Source: Torpedo marmorata
Taxonomy: Eukaryota
Reading direction: 5' to 3'
Assembly (NCBI GenBank): GCA_977017645.1
Contig: OZ360219.1
Location: 254,634,001 to 254,698,000 of the forward strand
DNA length: 64,000 nt
Part shown: piece after piece, positions 25,371-38,232 of the stretch
Layout of the letters: each line of letters starts with the position of its first letter
Numbering within the stretch: position 1 is the first letter of the stretch
Program-made: the position numbers and the translations under genes
Notes under the pieces: generated by a model
Databases searched by the model: none
What the model saw: only the letters and a program-made list of their open reading frames with translations
Told to the model about the DNA's origin: nothing

Positions 25371-27667
25371 AATTGAGCTGACCCTTTGCTTGTCATTGTC
25401 CCAACATTGCCCAACCAATCCCTCTGGTTACTTTCTGTAAATTACTTGTTATGGAGCAAATTACTTGGCCAAGAGCCTGATAATGCCCTGAGTTTTTATT
25501 GCAGTTCTCTATGTTTGACATGCATGTCTATTTTCACCTTAGCTGAACGGCTCAGTTCAGATGAATTTAACCTCGTTTACTCAGTCCTAACATAAACCTA
25601 TTTACCTAAATGCTAATAACTACATGGATTAAAACTACAGTTCCCTTTAGGATATTTAATAGAAAGTGAAATTACCATATGAATAGATACACCCCAAATG
25701 AAACAGTGAAAGCGAATATTTTACTGAGGCTTAACTGTTTGGAAAAATACATTTAAGATAAGGCTCCAAAAGTCAGATTACTTTATAAATAAATTCATTG
25801 CTTGTAAATAGAAATCTTAATAAAATGCATTTTAAGCTGACATTTCATTAAAAAGAGAAGATGGGTCTTTTGAAAAAGAGGGAGCACAATAAACATGCAT
25901 AGATTTGTTGATGCACCAGTTACTTGGAACTTCAATATTCAGTGTGTTGGACTATTGTAAGTGTTTTCTATGTTGTGATTGAAATGTACATTAAAACACT
26001 CACTTCCCTCCCTTTCAAACACTCTTACCCCACCATCCCTCTCCCAAACACAGATACATACCTCTAAATGCCCTGCTCCTCTCAATAATCTTTGGGTTCT
26101 GGTAAAGCAACTGAAGGCTATCTTTCTAATCTATCATTGACTTAGTCCATTAGTTTGGTTGTGTTGCACATACTGACACCCCCAAGCATAACACTGTCAA
26201 TAGCAATCCAGCAAACATAGAAGCACTATTAACAGAATGCCTTAGAGCTATGTACAGTATTGAAAGAAAATGAGATGTTGCTGCAGGCAAAGATCTTTTT
26301 TATCTGTTGCATCTCTAGCTTGTCGAGCTTCATAGCAGAGCAACACATTTCATATTTTTGCACTTGACAATAAATAAGGTGTGTTTTGTAACTCTCTTCT
26401 AATGTCTGTCCTTGCAACTTTGAGACCCAGATTTAATCCACATCAGGCATTTAGAATGAGTATCTCATCCCTCTCTGACAGCTGGTAACTAACACATTCT
26501 TCAGTTTGGTGCTTTTCATAAGTCCTTAGAGAAGAAGAAATGAGAGTCTGGAGAATAAACATGTCACACTGGTTCAGGTGAGAGTGCTTTAATGTAAAAC
26601 ACAGAGTAATGTAGTGAGAGCCCAGGACTAGAATGATCTATGTTATCGTTAACTTGGAAGAATTTAATGTTGTCAGTGGATAGAATATGAAAATGTTCAA
26701 TTCCCCAAGACCTTCATTAATAAACAAAGGAGATCACATTTTGACACAATCTTACAAAGTGCAGCATCCATCACAACACAGTGTGCAGTCCTGCTATTTC
26801 CATCCAGCTGCTTTCATCTAGACCTAAATAAACATGGAATCTTTGGATTTGACCACTCAGGCAATGTTACATTATCAATAGAACGCTAGAAAATTCAGCT
26901 TAGACCCCAGTTCTGCATTGGAAGTGGGATATATCCTTGGAGCTATTGTAGAAGATCATTTGAATTTTATCAATATTATTCGTCCATATCCCCCTGCCCC
27001 CAGGGCGACCAGTTCTTTGTTCTGTGGATAATCCGACGAACACTTTAAATCAATTTGCTACAGAATATTATTCTCCATCTGTAAAACTGAAGCACTGCAA
27101 AATATCAACCTACCATTTTTGAGCATCTGAAGGATTGTGAAGGAGCTTCTTTATCAGTACCTTGAAGCCTACAGTGATACTTTTCAAATTCAGGATTTTT
27201 AAAACAAAAAGCTGTTTTACTCACATTTATTACAGAGGCAGTTCCATTTTCACAGCAGTGTCCCTTTGACCTTCAAATAGTAAAGAACCTGCATAAGGTC
27301 ATCACTGAAGTACAGTTATGACCTTTCAAGGTGCAAGTACCGCGGCTTTGGATGGAAATACATTTAAACTCAACTGATCTGGGTAAGACGAAGAAGGTGG
27401 TGGGTGAAACATTGACAAATAGTTTGTTTGAAAAATCAGGCAAAGAACAATGTTTTGAAAATGGATATGTCAATCAATATTATAAAAGCGCAGTGGTCAG
27501 CAATGATCAGAATTTATTGATCTATTTACTTTAGCTGAATAAGACATCTTTATTATCATCACATTAGTTGAAATGGAACCATGTATAAACTCCAGAGTGA
27601 AACAACAACCTGATTTATTGAACAGAGTACAATTCCAGTTGATTACAAGTTTTGATGCCTCTGCCAT

Positions 27668-28324
27668 TGTAGTGTGGATTGTGGAGGGTAACGTGATCTC
27701 TCCGTCTGGAATTTAGTCTGAAGTCGCATCACCTGCCAATCAAGGTGGGACTCTGCCCACCTATTAGTGCACACCTGACCATTGGCCCCTTTAAATCACT
27801 CACGGATGATCATTGGCCCCTATAAATCACTTAGTGATCATCTGGGCCAGACTCCGCAGCTTACTGCACTTTAAAAGCACACCATGTGCTATGCACGTTC
27901 TCTCTGCTCCTGACTACGAACGCTGCTCTACGCCAGATCGCTTAACTGTGGACATCGCTGGAAGAGTCATTGGTAAGGTGTGCACTACACTTAGAGTGGG
28001 ACCGAAGTATTGTTTGGCAGTACTTAGCATTGAGATCCCCCCTGCTCCCTCCCCGCCAACTGTTGGTACAGGGAACCGGGAGTGGGTGTTTAAGTACCTG
28101 TCTGGTTAGAGTGTGTTAGTAACTGTATATTACTTAACACTGAGCCGCACCCTGAGGTACAGGGATCAGGAGTGTCTGCTGAAGTCCCTGTCTTGTAAGA
28201 GTGTGTCAGTAAATTGTGTTGTTTTGTCTTCCCCGTGTGTACAATAAAGATTACACCTTGTCAGCTTGTGTCTGGACTCGCTTCTCTGCTAACTCACCAA
28301 ACCTGACTTAAATCTCACACAACA
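27668..28324 (+). mobile_element. Solo LTR (657 bp)
   Basis: Begins TGTAGTGTG, ends CACACAACA (8/9 inverted); 5-bp TSD GCCAT at 27663-27667 and 28325-28329; TATA-like motifs at ~27820 and ~27870; AATAAA at 28243-28248. Confidence 0.88.
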
Positions 28325-29571
28325 GCCATTTATTGGTTTTATAATGTGGCCTTCAGCAGTGAATTTCAATGGTTCCATTACAACTAGAAGGATTTGTATA
28401 AATGAATTGGCATTATTGACAGTGACATGTGAATTTTGCCAGACTTTTCATTTGTTAAACCCATTAAATATCATCTAAAAGCAACTTATGAATTTGCCAA
28501 ATGTATAATGAATTGTTTTAAAATGTTCCAGTCTACTTTTCATTTTAGAAATGTAGACTGGCACTTGGTCTTTCCTAGACCAGCTCATGTTTCTTCCTGT
28601 TAAAGCCAGACATTCATTCTTGGGTGATTGGCTGATATGAAGATGTAGTCTGTCTGTCAATGGTGAAAGGTCAGGCTGCCTAATCTCAGCTGCCATAGGT
28701 TAACTTTGCTGCAATTAAAATTTGATCTAAAGCAGCTGTCATACTTAACCTTGCAGTAAACATATGAAAATCTCGGCCTGGAAAGACTCATACTGATATC
28801 ACAAGCAGCAATGTTAGCTTATTAATACAAATCACATTATTAACTGAAAGGTACCAGTGAAAGACAACACCAGAGATCCCACTATAAATAAAAAGGAGAG
28901 AAATGCTTCAGAGCATGCACTCTTTTACACTGATGAAATTGCATGGCTCAGGGTTACAATGAACAGTATTTGGGGTTTTGAAGCTCCAGGTAGGGGATGG
29001 CATAAATTGTTGTCTCTTTAATAAGTCTGCAGAATCCAGATATGTGCAACTGTTTTGAAACTGTTGCAAAAGAAATGTAAAAACTTTTTATTTATTCAAT
29101 CCCGAATTAAATAATAGTCCGGATGCTTCAGAAAGAAATAATAATACAAAAGTGAATGTCAAGACTAAGATTGATAGTCTCCAAAGAAATGAGTGTCAAG
29201 GGGGATGTTAAAAGAGGAGAAGGTGGTGGTGGGGTTTAAGGGCATAATTCTAAAGCAGTGAACAAAGGTAACTGAGAACTTGGCTGCTAATTATAGGCAA
29301 ATGGGATCTGTGGAGAGGTTGCAGCAACAGCAATGGAGAGGGGGAGAACACATAGGCTTTTGATAGGTATTTACAATTAAAATATTGGCATGCAAACAGC
29401 TTATTGAGCCACAGGTGCAGCCCTACACATGGGTCAGATCACCTGCTGCTAAGAGTGGATGAGCAGTGAGTGAAGTTGGCCTATTATTCACCTGTTAACA
29501 AGGCTTGGTTCTCATAAGTGCATTTGTGACACTGAAAGACAGAAAACGTAGAACTTCTAACACTATGAATA

Positions 29572-30545
29572 ACCTCTACTCACTTTACACCCACAACTGT
29601 GTGGCTCGGTACGACAATAACACCATTTACAAATTTGCCGATGATACCACGGTAGTAGGTTGAATAAAGAAAGGTGATGAGTCAGCACACAGGAGGGAGA
29701 TTGAAATCTTGGCTGAATGGTGTCACCAAAACTAAGGAGCTGATTGTTGACTTCAGATAGGGAAAGCCAGAGGTATACAATCCAGTGATCATTGGGGGAT
29801 CACAGGTGGAGAAGGTGAGGAAATTTAAGTTCTTGGGAGTCACTATCTCAGAGGATCTTTCCTGGACCCAACCCACTAATGACATTGTGAAGAAAGCACG
29901 TCAGAGCCTCTACTTCCTCAGGAGTTTGCAGAGGTTTGGTATGACACCTGAAACCCTGGCAAATTTCTACAGATGTGTGGTGGAAAGTGTGCTGACCGGC
30001 TGCATCACAGTCTGATATGGGGACACCAATGCCCCTGAGCGTAAAGCCCTCTAAAAGGTAGTGGACACAGCCCAGGACATCACAGGCAAAACCCTCCCCA
30101 CTAACGAGAACATCTACAGGGAACGCTGGTGTCAGAGAGCAGCAGCAATCATCAAGGATCCACGCCACCCAGCATACGCTCTATTCTCGCTACTGCCATC
30201 AGGAAAGAGGTATAGGTGCCACAAGACTCGCACCACCAGATTCAGGAACAGCTGCTACCCCTCCACCATCAGACTCCTCTACAAAAAACTTAATCAGGGA
30301 CTCATTTAAGGACTCATACCTGTTCACTTTATTGATTATTTTTCTTCTCTCTGTATTGCACAGTTTGTTTACATTCATTATCTATTTACAGTTCTTTATT
30401 TGTTTACATGTATACGCTGTGTACAGTTCTTTTTTGCACTACCAATAAGTGGTAATTCTGCCTCGCCCGCAGAAAAAAGAATCTTAGGGTTGTATGTGAT
30501 GTCATGTATGTACTCTGACAATAAATCTGAAATCTGAAAAAAAAA
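29572..30545 (+). mobile_element. 5'-truncated Rex1/Babar LINE
   Basis: KFADDTTVVG, KFKFLGVTISEDLSW, FSLLPSGKRYR; tail AATAAA plus (ATCTGAA)n. Confidence 0.9.
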
Positions 30546-31099
30546 CCTACGCTATTTTCAAAGTCAGAATAAAAATGCCGAGCTGATCTGTAGCACAGTG
30601 TGCCAGTAGTATTTTAATGAAATTGTAGCTCACTTAACTCTGAATGATTTCAGGCTCATCTAACAGAATTAATTTCATTTGTTTACTATTCTGTGATATA
30701 ATCAAATTGATAATATTACTATGCTCTCACACCTTTCCAATAATATACATTTAATCCGGATTATAAACTGGAAGGAAGATCAGATTTTACAATCATATGC
30801 CAGTCGTTAGCCATTCTCACCATTGTAACCAGTCATTACCACAAATTCATAACATTACACTGCATGTTTTGACTTCATCATTCCTGATAGTTCTGTGAAT
30901 TTACAGAGCAAAACATTATTCCAGAAGTCCCAAGCCTGATTTGGACAACAGCCATGTAACCAGAATGACTTTAATATATGGCACATTTGCATATTTGATT
31001 ACTTCATAATCCAAAAACATCTACAGTTATTCAAAGTGATTATCCTTGCATCAACGAAAATTGGGCATTATGCAACTGAAAATAAAATGTCATTCAATA

Positions 31100-34000
31100 T
31101 GAAAAGCACGAACATCTGCAGATACCGTTGTTGAAGTAAAAACACAATGCTGGAGAAACTCAGCAGGTCAAACAGTGTACTTTACAGTGTAAAAAACACA
31201 AATGCTGGAGAAACTCAGCAGGTCAAACATTGTCTTTTATGTAGCAAAGGTAGAAATACATAACAGACATTTCAGGCTTGAGCCCTTCATCAAAGTATGA
31301 GAAAATGCCGGCAGGCGTCCGAACAAAAGAGTGAGGGGGGGAAGGGGGGATGGCAAAGGCAGGAGATGATAGGTGGAGAAAGGAGGGAGGGGACAGCAGC
31401 AAAGAGGGGAAGGAAGGATGGCTGGATGGGTGGAAAAAAACAGGGACAGGTGAGGGGGGAGGGGAAGGAAAAGACAAGCAGGTTTAGTGGAAAGCAGAAA
31501 AGTCAATGTTAATGCCAACTGGCTGGAGAGTGCCCAGACGGAAAATGAGATGTTGTTCCTCCAATTTGCAGGCAGTCTGGGTGGGATAGTACATAAGGCC
31601 ATGGAGAGACATGTGAGTGTGGGAGTGTGACTCGGAATTGAAATGGTTGGCTACTGGGAGGTCGCTGTTGTTGCGGACGGAGAGGAGGTGCACAGCGAAG
31701 CGATCTCCCAATCTATGACCGGTCTCTCTGATGTAGATAATGCCACAAAGGGAGCACCAGATGCAGTAAATAAGTTCTCTGGATGTACAAGTGAAGTGTG
31801 CTTCATTTGAAAGGCCTGTTTGGAGCCCCGGACCGTGGTGAGGGGGGAGGTGTGGGCGCAGGTGTTGCACCTCCTGCGGGCACAGGGGAAGGTGCCGGGG
31901 GTGCGATGGGTGGGGAGGGATGAGTGCACGAGGGAATCGCGGAGGGAACGGTCCCTGCGGAAGGACGAGAGGGGAGGAGAAGGAAAAATGTGTCTGGTGG
32001 TGGGATCCTGTAGTAAGTGCTGGAAATTCCTGTGAATAATCTGTTGGATGCGGAGGCTGGTGGGGTGGAAGGTGAGGATGAGGGGGATTGTTGCGTCTGG
32101 GGGCAGAGGGGGCCAGGGCAGATGAGTGGGAAATGGAGGAGATGCGGGTGAGGGCTGAGTTGATGGTGAAAGGGAAGCCACGTTTGTGGAAGAAGGCAGA
32201 CATTTCAGAAGATCTAGACTGGAAGAACTCATCTTGGGAACAGATGTGGTGGAGACAGAGAAATTGAGAGAAGGGAATGGAATCCTTGCAGGGGACAGGG
32301 TGTGAGGAAGTGTAGTCCAGATAGTTGTGGGAGTTGGAGGGTTTGTAGTAAATGTCGGTGGAAAGCTTGTCTCCCGAGATGGAGACAGAGAGATCCAGGA
32401 AGGGGAGAGTGTTATTGGAGATGGACCAGGTGAGTTTGAGATCGTGGTGGAAGTTGGATGCGAAGTGGATGAAGTTGACAAGCTCATCGCGGTTGCATGA
32501 GGCAGCTCCGATGTAGTCATTGATATACCGGAGGAAGAGATGAGGGGTCTTGCCTGTGTAGGCTTGCAGCATGGATTGCTCCACAAAGCCCATAAACAGC
32601 CAGGCGTAGCTGGGACCCATGCGGGTACCCATGGCTACTCCTTTGATTTGGAGGAAGTGGGATGAGTTAAAGGAGAAGTTATTGAGAGTGAGGACAAGTT
32701 CTGCCAGGCGGAGGAGGGTGGTGGTAGAGGGTGACTGGTTGAGTCTTTGGTCCAGGAAGAAGCGAAGTGCTTTCAGACCTTCTGTGTGGGGGGTAAAGGT
32801 ATAAAGGGATTGGACATCCATAGTGAAGATGATGCGGTCTGGTTCAGGGAATCTGAAGTCATTGAGGAGATGGAGGGCATGTGAGGTGTCGCGGATGTAG
32901 GTGGGAGGGATTGGACCGGGGAGAAAAGATGGAGTCAAGGTAAGATGAAACTAGTTTGGTGGGGCAGGAGCAGGCAGAAACAATGGGTCTGCCCTGATGG
33001 TTGGGTTTGTGTATCTTGGGTAGAAGGTAGAAATGGGCAGTGCGGGGGTGAGAGAGAATGAGGTTGGTGGCCGTGGAGGGGAGGTGACCGAAGGTGATGA
33101 GGTTGAAGATCGTGTTGGAGACAGTGGCTTGATGTGTAGTGGTGGGGTCCTGTGGGAGGGGTCGGTAGGAGGAGGTGTCTGAGAGCTGTCGACTGGCCTC
33201 GGCAAGGTAGAGGTCAGTGCGCCTGACCACAACTGCACCGCACTTGTCTGCGGGTTTGATGGTCAGGTTGGGATTGTTGCGGAGAGAGTGGAGGGCAGAG
33301 CGTTCTGAGGAGGTGAGGTTGGAATACGAGAGGAGGGTGGTGAAGTTGAGACAGTTGAAGTCTCGGCGGCAGTTGGAAATAAAAAGGTCCAGAACGGGCA
33401 GCTGGCCAGGACGAGGTGTCCAGGAAGAGGAAGAGGGCTTGAAGCGGGAGAAAGGGTGTTGGGTGGGGGGTGGAGAGTCACAGTCATGGAAGTGAGCCCG
33501 GAGGCAGAGGCGACGGAAGGAGAGTTCGGCATCGTGGCGTGCGTGGAACTCGTTGAGGTGTTGGCGGAGGGGGACGAAGGTGAGGCCTCTACTGAGGACC
33601 GAGCGCTCCATCTCAGAGAGGGGAAGGTCAGAGGGGATAGTAAAAACCAACCAGGGGTTAGAGTGGGGATCGGTGTTGTAGAGGGTGTTGGGGGGAGGGG
33701 GAGGGTTGGGGAGGTCCGAGGGTGGAGATGTATGGTGGGGGAGGTTGGAGGGAGGAGGAGGGGGGTTGGGGGTGTTGGCGTGGGGAGGGGGGTTGGGGAG
33801 GTCAGAGTGGGGGAAGGTGGGGGGTGGGGCAGGTTAGAGGGGGGAGGTGGAGGGTGGGGGAGGTCGGAAGGGGGAGGTGGGGGTGGGGGAGGTAGGAGGG
33901 TGGTAGGGGGGTAGCCAGAGAGAGGGGGGGGGATGGTCTGAGGGTTGGGGAGAAGAGGGGGGCAGAGAGGGGGAGATGGGGGTGGAGTAGGGAGAGGTGT

Positions 34001-34260
34001 AGGAGGATAGGGAAGGAGTAGTGAGGGGGATAAGTAAGTGGGATCCAGTAGCGAGATCAGGACTCCAGTGGCAGTCAGCGTGGGAGGCTCCAGCAGGTAA
34101 CAGTCTGTGTCGGGAGCCGGCAGTGGAGGCATCGGGAGTTCTGGTGAGTAGGGACTCAGGGCCCGAGCTGGAGTGGGCGGCCGTGGCGTCGGGTGTACCG
34201 TCGTGTCGGCGCCCGGGGGGGCGGGTAGGAGTGGGCGGCCATTGCGTTGGGAGCTCCGTA
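31100..34260 (-). mobile_element. Near-complete Penelope-like element (Neptune-type): Pro-rich N-terminus, RT, Cys linker, GIY-YIG endonuclease; frameshifted pseudogene
   Basis: LSRGLTFVP, IKPADK, FYLLPKIHKP..GRPIVS, TMDVQSLYT, GVAMGTRMGPSYA, RYIND, LPFLDL, CARRRCNTC linker, LIYCIWCSLCGIIYIRETG..RFAVH, EQHLIFRLGTLQPVGIN. Tandemly duplicated 3' end at 31137-31235. Confidence 0.93.
31259..31299 (-). ncRNA. Minimal type I hammerhead ribozyme motif, decayed
   Basis: Minus strand: CATACT TTGATGA A GGGC TCAA GCCT GAAA TG TC TGTTATG; differs from the other two copies mainly at CpG sites. Confidence 0.6.
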
Positions 34261-37084
34261 GTTCAATATCATGAGATGCGGTTATTTTAACAATTAATTA
34301 AACATTGATAAACAAAAAAAAAACATTTTTTTTAACTTTGCGATCTTTAAACCCATCTATGTGTCCCTTTTTATTTTCAGGAGGGAGGCCATGGTTTGTC
34401 TGATGTAGGACTGATGTAGATTCTGCTAATCATAGAATTAAGAAGTTTCAGTTGGGCCGAATGAAGGATTTTTTTCTTACTGTTCAAATCGCTAATCTGT
34501 TCTGCATTAATAACACATTTGCAATTTTTGCATATAAAGCATGGAACAGATTCAAGGTTCTATCATAACCAATGGGACAGTTTGATTAAATATTCAAATA
34601 TTGTTTGTTTAGTATTTTGTTGGAGACTATGAAGAGAAATTCGTCAATACAAAAGCCCCATGTTCATTCCAAACAGGGTAAAATAATTAATTAAATGCCA
34701 GCTCTGATGCTCTCGATTAACACTCATCTCATCCAAACAGAAATGTGGTATTGACAAAGAATTCTGATCTCCCAAATTATGTTACACTGTACAAAATCAT
34801 TTCATACTTGAAATACAAGTTTCTCTCTTCATCAGAAACCATATCATTATTTTCTGGTATTTAATATTCTAATCAATATTTGTGATTCACTGCCAGGTTT
34901 TATCAAATCATTTTCCACTGAACATACTTCTTCAATACTTTAAATTTCAATTAGAAACTGCTCCACAATTGTCCAGCCTTTAATGCTTTGATCAATGCAG
35001 CTTATCTATTGTTAGATTTCATCAGGAAACAACAGCATGCTTAGATATCTAAGGTTATACTTTCATTTACGTACTAATGATGGTAAAAAGATATACATGA
35101 GTATCAAGTTTTTAATTTTCTTCCAATCATTAATAAACAGAGGGAAATATTGTCTCCAATACTTGCACACATATCTGGACTGTTGTTTGTGTTTTGTTTG
35201 TTGCCCTCTTTAGAGAGATTTATCTGAAAGATAACTTAATAGACTGAAGAAAATTTCACCAAAGTAGCATTTTCAAAGAACAGAGCACATTTCTTACCAA
35301 CTGACTACACGTTTATGATGATTTGATACCCTAGACAGATAATTTTCTAAGGTTCTTTCTTCTTTTATCTTTAATTACAATGAAATGATGAGTCACAGAC
35401 AACTCTACATTTTTTAAGTATTTCCCGATTATCAATATAGAATATGCATACACAATAAGAGATCATTTTGTATCATAATTTGCCATGTAAAATTGTATAT
35501 ACTGCAAGGGTCAGTGATTTCAAACTAACATGGCTTCATGATGGTCGTCATTTATCTATTGTCAATTGAAAGAAATATTTTATCAGTACCGCATTCATCA
35601 GAACACAATGAAGCATGAAGTCAAAGATTACTCCATAACCAAGAAGAAAGAACTTGCTTTCACGTTTTGTTTGTTGGGAGAAATGGGTCTCACCTTTGGC
35701 TTCAGAATATCCTCATGGATTTTAGTCTACCTTTCGCCCAAGTATCATTCTTTAGCCTGGTCCTGGTGTAACACCTAACATCCAGTGTCATTGAGCTTCG
35801 GATCAATAGGGAAAGAGTGAAGGATGGACGCAAACCTTATACTCAAAACTAATGAGTATTAATTTCATTAAAAAAAGGTATTGAACATGCTGTAATATAT
35901 CAGCAACCATGGCAGTACAAAAATTCATACCAACAACCCAATTTGGTTTATACTGAGGGATATAGTCAGCATCTGAACATTGAACCATGCATGAAGGACA
36001 GAGAGAGCTGCAAGAATGTAGATTTGAGTCACCATTTGACAATCTCAAAGCAAGATATGGTTTTCCATTCAATTTACTATTGTGTCTGTACACATTGATT
36101 GCAGAGGCAGTTTCATTTGGTTTTGGCAAGTTTCCTTTCAATAAATTGAAAATACCATGCAGAGTTAAATGCAATTTATTAATTTTATTAAAAATTGCAG
36201 TTTCTGATAATATTATTAAATACTTCTGATAAAATGAAAATGGTATCTAAATAGGTTCTATTCAAATATATTTCAACTGGTTCCATGCTGTGATATATAA
36301 CATTGAGCAATTTGAAGAGGCTGCTTGTCATTAAATTAATTTTTTTTTTCTTTCTTGGCCAATCTGCGTGTTTTAGGTTTGCATGGAGATAAGTAAAAAA
36401 TTGTGAATACATAATTCAGAATTTCCAAAGGTCAAAAAAATTTGCAATATCCAGATCATTACACAATAAATATGGGGGCAGAAAATGCTGTGTGCTCTGA
36501 TTGATGCCTCAATATGTCAGTGGATGTTTCCAACAGAGGCCGAAGTCTTGTTGGGAAACACCCATGCTTCTGACTGGGGTAAAGCCAGAATTAACCTTTC
36601 TGGTCACAGACATTTCAACTCCTGTACTAAATCTTTTCAGTATTTAACTTCTTTGGATAAAGATTTGTTTAAGTTCATGACATTGTAATACTTGAGAATA
36701 CTTGTTAATAGTGAGAATCTCTCTTCAATTTATTTTGAAAATAAATATATTCAATCCCACCACAGTACTGTGAGAATTTTCCATTTCTTTTGAAGTTTGG
36801 AAATAAAAAGAAACTGGTATCATTAAACATGAATGTAGGTGCCATGTAACCATACTCACTTTACTTATACACTGAGGCTGGTTGGAGAAGGGACCCTGTC
36901 AAACTTATCATATCAGTTTAACCCCTGAGCCGACTGAATTGCCCTGAAGAGAGTTTGTTTGCACCCCAGAGTGTGACCATGAGTGACACCCTTGCTGATG
37001 TCACTGTTATTCTCTTTGCAGTTTCTCCATGTCTCACTATAGCTGTACCACTGTTATAAAGTCATGGACATCCCTGGATTCACA

Positions 37085-37556
37085 CTCCGCTGTGCAGAAT
37101 GAAAAGGTTATCATCGGAGGAGTATTTGACAGCTCTTGGCCTGTATTCATTGGAATTTAGGAGAATGAGGGGAGACCTCATTGAAACATTTCGAATGTTG
37201 AAAGGTGTGGAGAGAGTAGATGTTGAAAGGTCATTTCCCATGGTGGGAGAGTCTTGGACAAGAGGGCACAACTTCCTTCAGGATTAAAGGGTGTCCGCTT
37301 AGAACAGAGAAGTGTAGGTATTTCTTCAGCCAGAGGGAGGTAAATCTGTGGAGTTTGTTGCCACAGGCGGTTGTGGAGGCCAGGTCATTGGATGTATTTA
37401 AGGCAGAGATTGATAGCTTCTTGATTAGCCAGGGCATCAAAGGTTATGGGGAGATGGCTGGGCAGAGGGGCTGAGTGGGAAAATTGATCAGCTCATGATT
37501 GGGGCAGACTCAAAGGACTGAATAGCCTATTTCTGCTCTTATGTCTTATGGTCTAA
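37085..37556 (+). mobile_element. CR1 3' fragment
   Basis: LGLYSLEFRRMRGDLIETF, FFSQREVNLWSLLP; tail (CTTATG)n. Confidence 0.9.
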
Positions 37557-37894
37557 TCTTCTGAAAAATACTGCAACTGTTCCAGGGAAGGAACTATTGT
37601 ATTTTCCTGTTTGACCAACTCAAAATATCTCCGATTCCAATACTAGACATTGAATAATTCCACCAACTGTATTGGTTAAAATATCTTGGAAGCTATGAAA
37701 TATACTTACTATCTTGTTTTAAATTACTTTTACAGCCTATGTAGCCCGAGCACCAGATTCTAGTAATGGATACTGCTTTGAGCTGGCTGTTCCTTTTGTC
37801 TATCAAAGTCAAGAAATGCAGGTGACACATGCTTTACATTTATATTTGCATATACGAATGGAAATTCATTGGCGGAGGTCCAACCAATTTGATA

Positions 37895-38232
37895 ACTCCC
37901 ACTGTCTTGGAAAAGCAGCCAACATATTAAAAGACTTGTTCAATGCTGGCCACACTCTCATCACACCCCTCCGATTAGGAAGAAGATTCACGATTATCAG
38001 ATCACGCATCACCAGATTCAAGAAACATTTTCACGCCATTATCAGACTCATGAATGAACCTCAAAATAGTAAAATCATGTGGCCTTTGCTCTCTACCATC
38101 TGATCTTTCTCTCTAACCCTGCACTTATGGACTGTGTCTTACTTGTACTATGTATGGGCTCTCTAATTGGTCTGATCACAAAACGAACTATAACTGCATC
38201 TTGGTATATGGGACAATAAATTTATACTTGAA
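37895..38232 (+). mobile_element. Decayed Rex1 3' end
   Basis: CLGKAANILKD..GHTL..GRRF..RITRFK; GACAATAAA at ~38212. Confidence 0.7.

Noticed and set aside
33263-34132. Extensin-like proline-rich gene (and the Gly-rich ORF on +)
   Set aside because: Low-complexity N-terminal part of the Penelope ORF and its antisense shadow.
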